DNA of 64,000 nt from an uncultured bacterium (lineage in GTDB: Bacteria > Bacteroidota > Ignavibacteria > Ignavibacteriales > Melioribacteraceae), in NCBI GenBank assembly GCA_965554225.1, contig CBEVZC010000002.1:746-64745 (forward strand), written 5' to 3'. The notes under the pieces were generated by a model, which saw only the letters and a program-made list of their open reading frames with translations, did not search any database and was not told where the DNA came from. Within the stretch, counting starts at the first letter, position 1, and each line of letters starts with the position of its first letter. Below, in pieces: positions 48,531-57,200 of the stretch. The translations under genes were made by a program, and so were the position numbers.

Positions 48531-49268
48531 TTATTCTTCTTTTAGTTTATCCTTAAAGATTTTTTCGAACTTTTCTAATTTCGGAGTAATAACAAAACTG
48601 CAATATGGCTGTCTTTTATTCTCTTTATAATAATTTTGATGATAATTCTCAGCTTTATAAAAATTTGTAAAGGGAGTAATTTCGGTTACAATAGGATCCG
48701 GGAATATTTTTTCTTTGGTTAACTCGTTTTTATATTTTTCTGCTAATGTTTCTTGTTCCTTATTATGATAAAAAATAACAGATCTGTATTGAGTCCCAAC
48801 ATCAGCTCCCTGCCTATTCAAAGTTGTAGGATCATGAACCGACCAAAACACCTCCAGTAAATCTTTGTAACTTATTATACTTGGATCGTAAGATATTTGG
48901 CATGCTTCTGCATGACCTGTTCTTCCGGTTGTGACTTCATGATAAGTCGGGTTTTCAACAGTTCCGCCGGCATAGCCTGAGACGACGGATTTAACACCTT
49001 TTAATCGCTGAAATATTGCTTCGGTGCACCAAAAACATCCCGTACCAAATGTTGCTGTTTCCAGTTTATTTTCCTTTGTCAAAGTTTTTTTCTCCGGTTT
49101 GTGGTTTTTGCTTTCCGATTTTTGTCCGTAACTAACTGTTAGTAAAAATAGTGAAAATATTGCTATATAAAACTTAACAGATTTTATTCTAATATAATTT
49201 TTCAATTTGGAACCTATCTTAAGATAATTATTAGATTGACTTTCTGACCTATAATATCGTTTCAACAA
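48531..49268 (-). CDS. msrA: Peptide-methionine (S)-S-oxide reductase MsrA with N-terminal signal/anchor
   Basis: It has the GTGCFWCTEAIF catalytic motif and the YHQNYY C-terminal region. The start is uncertain: TTG 49268 or TTG 49205 (the latter gives MKNYIRIKSVKFYIAIFSLFLLTVSYGQ). Confidence 0.85.
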   Translation of the reverse strand: MLKRYYRSESQSNNYLKIGSKLKNYIRIKSVKFYIAIFSLFLLTVSYGQKSESKNHKPEKKTLTKENKLETATFGTGCFWCTEAIFQRLKGVKSVVSGYAGGTVENPTYHEVTTGRTGHAEACQISYDPSIISYKDLLEVFWSVHDPTTLNRQGADVGTQYRSVIFYHNKEQETLAEKYKNELTKEKIFPDPIVTEITPFTNFYKAENYHQNYYKENKRQPYCSFVITPKLEKFEKIFKDKLKEE

Positions 49269-49334
49269 TTGGATTGTGAATTCGTTCCAATAAATATAGT
49301 GAAATATTTTTCCTAAAATTCAGTATTACATTTG

Positions 49335-49838
49335 CTAAATTGAATTTAAGAGTTTAGATAGCGGAAATATGTAAGTCAATGCAAAACTTTCAACACCTAG
49401 ATTTGGAAGTCTTAATCCTCCGTTTGATACATGGTTAAAACTAATTCCTAAGCGGCTTTCATTATTAAAAAGATAAGTTAGCTCCAGTTGAGACCTGAAT
49501 TCCAGAGCAAGACTTAAATCCTTACTATTACCTTGGGAATAAAATCCGGGAGCGAAACTAGGTGTAAAAATAATATGATTTGTTATGTAAAAGTCATGTA
49601 AAAATCCCCAATAGACAAGAGAAGCTCCATCCGAGTTAAACATTACTCCACCAAACGGATTAATAACATTATTCCTTTTTGCCGAACGAAGTTCAACTCG
49701 CCACTCGGAAGTTGTAAATTCATTGTCGTGCAAAACATTAAATCTACCGACTGAAACAGCTATTGACTGGGAGTTTTGTCCCGAAACTAAATTTGTAACA
49801 ACTAGTAATAAAACAAAGAATAAAGTTTTTTTTAGCAT
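49335..49838 (-). CDS. Acyloxyacyl hydrolase / PagL-like outer-membrane lipid A deacylase
   Basis: 167 aa with a signal peptide and beta-barrel-like alternation. The SFNHVSNGGL motif (H-x-S-N) is typical of the PagL family. Confidence 0.65.
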   Translation of the reverse strand: MLKKTLFFVLLLVVTNLVSGQNSQSIAVSVGRFNVLHDNEFTTSEWRVELRSAKRNNVINPFGGVMFNSDGASLVYWGFLHDFYITNHIIFTPSFAPGFYSQGNSKDLSLALEFRSQLELTYLFNNESRLGISFNHVSNGGLRLPNLGVESFALTYIFPLSKLLNSI

Positions 49839-49866
49839 GTTACTTTTATAAGAGTTAATAATTGGT

Positions 49867-50118
49867 TTAATTAATAAGTTCTTCGGGAGACAGTAATTTT
49901 AGTCTCATAAATTTTTCAATATCAATCATAACCTTATAATATTTACAATCTGCTTTAGCCTTTGTAAACCTAAGGTGGTAAAAAATATGATTGTTCTCAC
50001 TGACATTAGGTAGTTCAATAATGTCAAGTTTATAACCGAGAGCTGTATACTTTTTTATTAATTCTTTATAAAGAATTACTATTCTAGCTTTTGCTTGTTC
50101 AAACTTGATCCTTTTCAT
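49867..50118 (-). CDS. Hypothetical 83-aa protein
   Basis: Only the ORF supports it. There is no signal peptide and no recognisable motif. GGGGGGAG lies upstream of the ATG (reverse complement of 50122-50129). Confidence 0.45.
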   Translation of the reverse strand: MKRIKFEQAKARIVILYKELIKKYTALGYKLDIIELPNVSENNHIFYHLRFTKAKADCKYYKVMIDIEKFMRLKLLSPEELIN

Positions 50119-50387
50119 TGCTCCCCCCAGAGTTTATTGTTGAACACAATTTAAGAAAAGTAAAGCTGTTAAACTGTATTGAACTTTACATTTTATAAAT
50201 ATGAAAAGAAAAATTCCGAGAGTTGTAAAATCTTTTTATAGAACTTGAGTTTTTTATAAAAATCAAGTAAAGTTAATTGCTTTACATTTGTATATTATTA
50301 AATTTAACATATTGATTTAACTTTTGTCAGTTTTTTTTAGAATTATTTACTGAAACTCAAACAATTTTTAGAGAGTCGAGTATTAAT

Positions 50388-52151
50388 ATGCAATTTATTA
50401 GACGAATAGACGCTTTTATTGTTCTACTGTTTGTAATCTTTTTTCTAAACTATCTTTCTCTTAATTCTCATGAAAATCATAAAGATTTGACGAGTGAGGG
50501 TAAAAAAATATATTCTACTGTTACTATAGATTACTATTCTCATTCGAATAGAATAAATAAAAAAGAAATTGAGAAATTATATAAAATTCAAAAAAAGTTA
50601 TTGAAGAAGATTTCTAAATTCTTGGGAAAAAAATACTCGGGAAGTAAGATTGAGTATCATTTATACCCCAGCTTTGAAGCGAAAGGTTTAATAACAGGTA
50701 AGACTTTCCTTTCCAATTTAATTTATAAATCAAACTCTGTTCATACTGTAATGAACAATTGGATAAACGGAAACGATAACTCCGATTTAGCTCAGATTTT
50801 GCTTAATAATTCAATTGGAAAACCAAAATTTAAATTCCTTGAGCGAGGAATTGCAATTAAATTTTCTGATAATTGGAGAGGGGAAGGATATAAATATTGG
50901 GCAAGCAAGTTTTCACTTGCCTCGGCGGTTCCCCCGCTTGCTGAACTTTTAGATAATCAAAAGATCAAATTTGAATCCAGATTTATCACGGAATCACTGG
51001 GAGGTGCTTTTACCGATTATTTAATAAATAAATATGGAAGTAAAAAATTCATTGAAAATTATAAAGTTTGGAATCCGAATACTGATGAAATAAATAGTTT
51101 AGAGCATGGTTGGCATTTATATCTTAAGCAGTTATCAAAAAAATATAAGAACAAAATTAAAAATGATAGGAAATCATTCCCGGTAAAACTTCCAAAATTT
51201 CTAAAAGGTTTTTGCTTTGCTCATGTTGGTTACAATATCTATAACGGTTATTTATCTAAAAAAGCTACCGATGCTTTAAGTAGACTTAAAAGTATTAGTG
51301 TAAATACAATATCAATTACTCCGTTTACTTCAATGAGAGATATTGAAAAACCGCAGCCTCTGGAATTTTGGCAGAGCGCTCGTACTGAAAACGATGAAAG
51401 CGTAATTCACGTAAATCATTTTGCTAAACAATTTGGAATGGTAACTCTTCTCAAGCCTCATATTTGGGTTCATCATAGCTGGCCAGGTGAAATTGAGATG
51501 CAAAGCCCAAAGGACTGGAATTTGTTTTTTGAAAATTATTACAAATGGATAAGACATTTTGCAATTTTAGCAGAAATGTACAAAATTCCCATCCTTTCAA
51601 TCGGAAACGAGCTTTCAATAACAACAAAAAATTTTCCGGCTAAATGGACGGAAATGATTCATAAAATAAGAAAAATATATTCCGGCAAAATTACTTATGG
51701 AGCAAATTGGGGAGATGAATTTGAAAACTTGGAGTTTTGGAATAAATTCGATTTTATCGGACTCAGTGAATACTATCCTATTTCAAGAAAGAGTAATCCA
51801 AAGGAAAATGAGCTTTATAACGATGCAAAAAAAGTTTTTGCCAATATTAAAAAGGTTCACGATAAATTTAAGAAGCCAATCATATTTACTGAAATAGGTT
51901 TCCGCATGTCCGGAGCGCCTTGGAAAACTTTTTACGAAGGGAAAGAAAAATTTGACTTTGTTCCGCAAAATCAAGCTAAAGTTTTCAATGCTGTTTTAAG
52001 AGCGATTAATAACGAAAAGTGGATAAAAGGAATTTATATCTGGAAATGGCCAAGTTATTTGGGCTATGCTTTAAAAGAACATAGTGAAATATATACGCCC
52101 GTATATAGACCGGCGGAAAAAGTTATTAAAAAGTGGTTTGAAAAATTATGA
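50388..52151 (+). CDS. Two-domain protein: unknown N-terminal domain + clan GH-A-like (beta/alpha)8 glycoside hydrolase domain
   Basis: 587 aa with an N-terminal anchor. The C-terminal half has LSIGNELS (acid/base Glu) and IIFTEIGF (nucleophile Glu) about 110 aa apart, as in GH5-type TIM barrels. Confidence 0.6.
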   Translation: MQFIRRIDAFIVLLFVIFFLNYLSLNSHENHKDLTSEGKKIYSTVTIDYYSHSNRINKKEIEKLYKIQKKLLKKISKFLGKKYSGSKIEYHLYPSFEAKGLITGKTFLSNLIYKSNSVHTVMNNWINGNDNSDLAQILLNNSIGKPKFKFLERGIAIKFSDNWRGEGYKYWASKFSLASAVPPLAELLDNQKIKFESRFITESLGGAFTDYLINKYGSKKFIENYKVWNPNTDEINSLEHGWHLYLKQLSKKYKNKIKNDRKSFPVKLPKFLKGFCFAHVGYNIYNGYLSKKATDALSRLKSISVNTISITPFTSMRDIEKPQPLEFWQSARTENDESVIHVNHFAKQFGMVTLLKPHIWVHHSWPGEIEMQSPKDWNLFFENYYKWIRHFAILAEMYKIPILSIGNELSITTKNFPAKWTEMIHKIRKIYSGKITYGANWGDEFENLEFWNKFDFIGLSEYYPISRKSNPKENELYNDAKKVFANIKKVHDKFKKPIIFTEIGFRMSGAPWKTFYEGKEKFDFVPQNQAKVFNAVLRAINNEKWIKGIYIWKWPSYLGYALKEHSEIYTPVYRPAEKVIKKWFEKL

Positions 52152-52152
52152 A

Positions 52153-53025
52153 CTATTCCGTTTGCTTACCGAATACATATACCAATCCATAACTCATTGC
52201 TTCGGATGGACAAATTAAATGTTGTCCGTTTTCGAATGTTCTAAAATAAAAATTTAAATGTTCATATTCCCTTTCTTTAAGTCTTTCAACAAATTCCGAA
52301 ATAGGTTTTTGATATTTTTTAATTGATTCATTTTCTCCGACTGTTATATAAAGATTCCCGTTTAATTCTCCTCCGTTTTCGTAAAGCAAATCCTCCAAGC
52401 TCAGTAAATCTTTAATATTTTTATAAATAAACGGACTTCCAATAATATATCTGTTAAATAGTTCGGGCTCTTTCAGCATTGAATAAAGTGTGAATAACCC
52501 TCCGAGTGAATAACCGTTTAAAGTTCTGTCTGTAGAATCGGTTCTGTAAGTAGAATCGATAAAAGGTATTAATTCTTTTTTAATGAATTGTAAATATTTA
52601 TATGCACCGCCGGAAATTTCTCTGCCCGGAAATTTGGTGGGTGTATAATCCCGATTTCTAAAGTTCAATTCATTATCGCTCATCATTGTGCCGTAACCAA
52701 TTCCCACCGTAATAATATCCGGGACAAACTTTCCATACTGCAGATAGCGGACTATACTCGTTGCCATATTAAAAGCAATATCACCATCTAATAAATATAA
52801 GACAGGATAGCGTTTTTTTGTTTCGGAATAGTGTTTTGGCAATCTGACATATATGTAAAATGTATCATCTACATTTTTAGAAATTATATATTTAAGTTCC
52901 GTATGCTTTGTAATAACTTTCGTATACGGTGGAAATTTTGATTTCATCTCCTGTGCACTTATAAGTTTGCTGGAAATTGACATTGCGAGTAGGAAAAGCA
53001 ATAGAAGTCGAATTGATCTTTTCAT
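52153..53025 (-). CDS. Secreted alpha/beta hydrolase, 'putative esterase' (PF00756 / IroE-like) family
   Basis: 290 aa with a signal peptide. YPVLYLLDGD and the nucleophile elbow GYSLGG are present. Confidence 0.75.
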   Translation of the reverse strand: MKRSIRLLLLFLLAMSISSKLISAQEMKSKFPPYTKVITKHTELKYIISKNVDDTFYIYVRLPKHYSETKKRYPVLYLLDGDIAFNMATSIVRYLQYGKFVPDIITVGIGYGTMMSDNELNFRNRDYTPTKFPGREISGGAYKYLQFIKKELIPFIDSTYRTDSTDRTLNGYSLGGLFTLYSMLKEPELFNRYIIGSPFIYKNIKDLLSLEDLLYENGGELNGNLYITVGENESIKKYQKPISEFVERLKEREYEHLNFYFRTFENGQHLICPSEAMSYGLVYVFGKQTE

Positions 53026-53173
53026 TAAAGCCCTCTAAATATTTAGAAAGAATAATTTACTTTAGATTTCTAATTATAAAAATAAATTAAGAAGGATCAA
53101 TATATAAAGCAATTCACTTAGATTTACCACTGTAATTTTATTAACTTTGGTTTTTATTTATTAAAAGGGAAAT

Positions 53174-53947
53174 ATGAAAAAACTTAAATTACTTTCATGG
53201 AATGTAAACGGCATTAGAGCGGTTGCAAAGAAGGGTTTTCATGAATGGCTGAAACAAGCAAATCCTGACATTCTTTGTATTCAGGAAACGAAAGCTTGGA
53301 AAGAGCAGCTTGATGAATCTTTAACAAACATAGATAGTTATCATGCTTATTTTGCCGAGGCTTATAAAAAAGGATATAGCGGAGTAGCTATTTATACAAA
53401 ACAAAAACCGTTAAGTATTAAAAAAGGTATTGGCATTGAGGAGTTTGATCGGGAAGGAAGAATCTTAATTGCTGAATACCCTGAATTCACTTTGTTTAAT
53501 ATTTATTATCCAAACGGTAAAGCACGAGAAGAAAGGTTAAAATATAAAATGGATTTTTACGAGGCTTTCCAAAAATATGTAGTAAAGTTGAAAAAGCAAG
53601 GCAAGAAAATAATAATTTGCGGGGATGTGAATACTGCTCATAAAGAAATTGATTTGGCGAGACCAAAACCTAATTCAAAAGTTTCCGGCTTTCTCCCTGA
53701 AGAACGAGCTTGGATTGATAGATTTTTAGCTGCAGGGTTTATAGATACATTAAGAATGTTTAATACCAACGCGGAGGTTTATACTTGGTGGGATATGATG
53801 ACTAGAGCGCGTGATAGAAATGTTGGATGGAGAATCGACTATTTTTTTATTAGCGAAAATTTAAGGGAAAATATCACCAACGCCTTTACTTTACCAGACG
53901 TAATGGGATCGGATCATTGTCCCGTTGGAATAGAAGTGAAAGTTTAG
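53174..53947 (+). CDS. xth: Exodeoxyribonuclease III
   Basis: 257 aa. SWNVNGIRA, LCIQETK, GDVNTAH and the C-terminal GSDHCPV. Confidence 0.93.
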   Translation: MKKLKLLSWNVNGIRAVAKKGFHEWLKQANPDILCIQETKAWKEQLDESLTNIDSYHAYFAEAYKKGYSGVAIYTKQKPLSIKKGIGIEEFDREGRILIAEYPEFTLFNIYYPNGKAREERLKYKMDFYEAFQKYVVKLKKQGKKIIICGDVNTAHKEIDLARPKPNSKVSGFLPEERAWIDRFLAAGFIDTLRMFNTNAEVYTWWDMMTRARDRNVGWRIDYFFISENLRENITNAFTLPDVMGSDHCPVGIEVKV

Positions 53948-54213
53948 GTTACAATTTATTTACTTCTTTCTTTCTCTTGCTAAGTATTCTTCGGTCAGTT
54001 CCCTAATTTGTGTCCCAATTTGGATGAATAGTATTTTATGATTAACTAAAATTATAAATTTTTTCTCATTATTTTATTTTAAGCTTGCATAATTTATTTA
54101 CATTATGTAATATATTTAATTGTAAATAATATTATTGTTTGAAAAACTTTTCAATGACTTCTCATAATCGCCATAATTATCATATACACATCACCTAAAA
54201 AGAAGAGGATAAA

Positions 54214-57200
54214 ATGAGTAACATGAAACTTGCAATTTTCGGTGGGATAATTATATTTGTAGCTCTGAGTTTAATCTATCTTGTATCACAAAAACATACA
54301 GAGGTTCCATCAAAAGATTCAGATTATGCAGAGTTTATCAGCGCCTACACTTCCGGAGTTATTTCGAGGGAATCATCTATTAAAATACGACTGGTACAAG
54401 CAGTCGATAATGGTGAACACAAAGAAATTCCGTCTTCATTAGATTATTTAGAATTTGAACCTAAAATTAATGGTGAACTTTATTGGTTAGATAAGCAGAC
54501 AATTGAATTTACACCAAAGGAAAAGCTTATGCCAAATACAATGTATGTAGCAAAGCTTAATATCAGTAAAGTTGTTAAGTCTAAAAAGAAAGAAAAGCCG
54601 TTCATATTCGAATTTAAGACCATCAAACGTCAATTCGATGTAAATGTAATCGGTCTAAAATCTTTGTCAAGTAAAAACACTCAATATCAGAAACTTGTAG
54701 GAACAATTGAGACTTCTGATTTTGAGGATATTGGTGATATAAAGAAAATACTAACTGCAAAGTTTGAGGGAAAGGACTTGCCAATTGAATGGCAACCTGG
54801 TCAAAGCAGAAAAGTTCATAGATATGTAATTGATAGTTTGAAGCGGACTAATTCTGAAAAAAACCTTGAACTATACTGGGATGGCGATCCAATAGGAATT
54901 GAAAACAAAGGACAATTAAATGTGAAAATTCCCGCTTTGGGAGAATTTAAACTCTCTGCAGCTAATATAGCTCACCAACCGCAGCAATACTTGCTATTAC
55001 GTTTTACCGATCCAATTAAGCAAAATCAGAACTTACGCGGACTCGTAACCATTGACAAAGTTCCGAGCTTGCGTTTTGAAGTTTCCAACAACGAAATTAA
55101 AGTTTATCCCTCTAAACGACTTTTTGGAGATTACACAGTTCATGTTTTTCGTGGAATTAAAAATTCAATGAACTATAAAATGAAATCGGATTATACACGT
55201 AAAGTAGCTTTTGAAAATCTGAAACCTGCTGTACGACTTGTTGGGAAAGGAGTGATTATTCCAAATAATAAAAATGGTTTTATCCTTCCTTTCGAAGCTG
55301 TTAATCTTTCTGCTGTTGATGTGATTGTTACTAAGATTTTTGAAAACAACATGTCGCAATTCCTTCAAGTAAATAATATTGGAGGTTCTGCACAGTTAAG
55401 GAGAATAGGAAAACCTATCTTGAGAAAAATTGTAAAGTTAGATCAAAGCGGTATTGAATCACTTCATAAATGGAACCGGTTTTCTTTAGATCTAAATGAA
55501 ATTATTCAAAAAGATCCCGGTGCGGTGTATAGAGTCAAAATCGGATTCAGAAAAAAATACTCACTTTATTTTTGCGAAAATAACATTACCGACAACTCAA
55601 AGGAAAAGTTAACTGAAGTGCTGCCCGAAGGTGTGGAAAGTGAGTCTAGTTATTGGAATTATTATGATGAGTATTATAATGAAAATTACAATTGGAGGCA
55701 CCGTGATGATCCGTGTTACAAAGCATATTATGGAAATAGAAGATCGGTGTCGAAAAATATTTTTTCTTCTAATATTGGTATTATAGCAAAACGAGGCAAT
55801 GATGGTTCATTATTATTGGTAACAACAAATATAAAAACAACACAACCGATTGGGAATGTTAATTTACATTTAATGGATTATCAAAAGCAGGAGATTGCAA
55901 AGATAGTAACAAATAGTGATGGTTTAGCAGAAACAAAATTAAATACTAAACCGTTTATGGTTTTTGCGGAAAAAGGAAATGAGAAGGGGTATCTAAGATT
56001 AGATGACGGATCCTCACTGTCTATAAGCAGATTTGATGTTTCCGGAAGCGGTATTAAAAAAGGAATTAAAGGATTTACATATGGAGATAGGGGCGTTTGG
56101 CGTCCGGGAGATTCCCTTTTTGTTACTTTTATTTTAGAGGATTTGAACAATAATGTACCGCAGAACTTACCAATTATTTTTGAATTAACCAATCCCAAAA
56201 ATCAATTAGCACAAAGGTTTGTAAAAAAAAGAACCCAAACTGATTTTTATACTTTTAAATTTAAAACTGATCTTAATGCCCCTACGGGAGATTGGAATGC
56301 AAAAATAACTCTCGGAGGCGTAAAGTTTTATAAATCCTTAAAAATTGAGACTGTTAAACCTAATCGGTTAAAAATTAAATTCGATTTGAAAGAACCATAT
56401 TTGTCTGCGAAAGACAATCCTACTGTAAAAATGAAAATAATGTGGCTTCATGGAGCAATCGGGAAAAACTTAAAAGCTAAAGTTGATGTTTCTTTAGCCA
56501 GAACTAGAACAACTTTTAAAACTTACAGTGACTATGCTTTTGACGATCCGGTTATAAAATTTAATCCTAAACCTCAGACAATTTTTGAAGGAAAAGTTGA
56601 TTCAAAAGGTGAAACAACGTTTAAGGCAAAATTTAATTTAAGTACAGAAGCGCCGGGCAAACTTAAGACTACTTTTTTTACTAAAGCGTTTGAACCCGGA
56701 GGTGATTTTAGTATTGATAGATTTATTACAGACTACTATCCGTTTGATACTTACGTAGGAATTAAACTTCCTAAAGGAGACAGATCCAGAGGCATGCTTC
56801 TAACCGATAAAGATCATAAAGTGGATATTGTTACTTTAAATTTAAAAGGGAAACCTGTTTCAAAGAAAAAGATAGAAGTTAAACTTTATAAAATATCTTG
56901 GAAATGGTGGTGGGATCAATCTGAAGATTATCAAAGCAACTATTCTAGTAATTATTACGAGTCCACTTTAGCTGCCGATACAATCTCGACAATTGATGGG
57001 AAGGGAGAATGGAAAATAAAAGTTAAATATCCAAATTGGGGTAGATTTTTAGTAACCGCAAAAGATTTGGAAGGAGGGCACCGCACCGGGAAAATTGTTT
57101 ATATCGATTGGCCCGGCTGGGCAGGACGAGCTCAGAAAGCTCAACCCGGTGGTTCTGCTATGCTATCTTTTTCATCTGATAAGAAAAAATATTTTGTTGG

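Noticed and set aside
54090-54140. TTTACAT / ATGTAAA palindromes upstream of the A2M gene as a further XRE operator
   Set aside because: TTTACATT-type 8-9-mers are expected a few times by chance in a 64-kb AT-rich window. This site lacks the longer TCAAGTAAAGTT context shared by the 35.2-kb and 50.3-kb sites.
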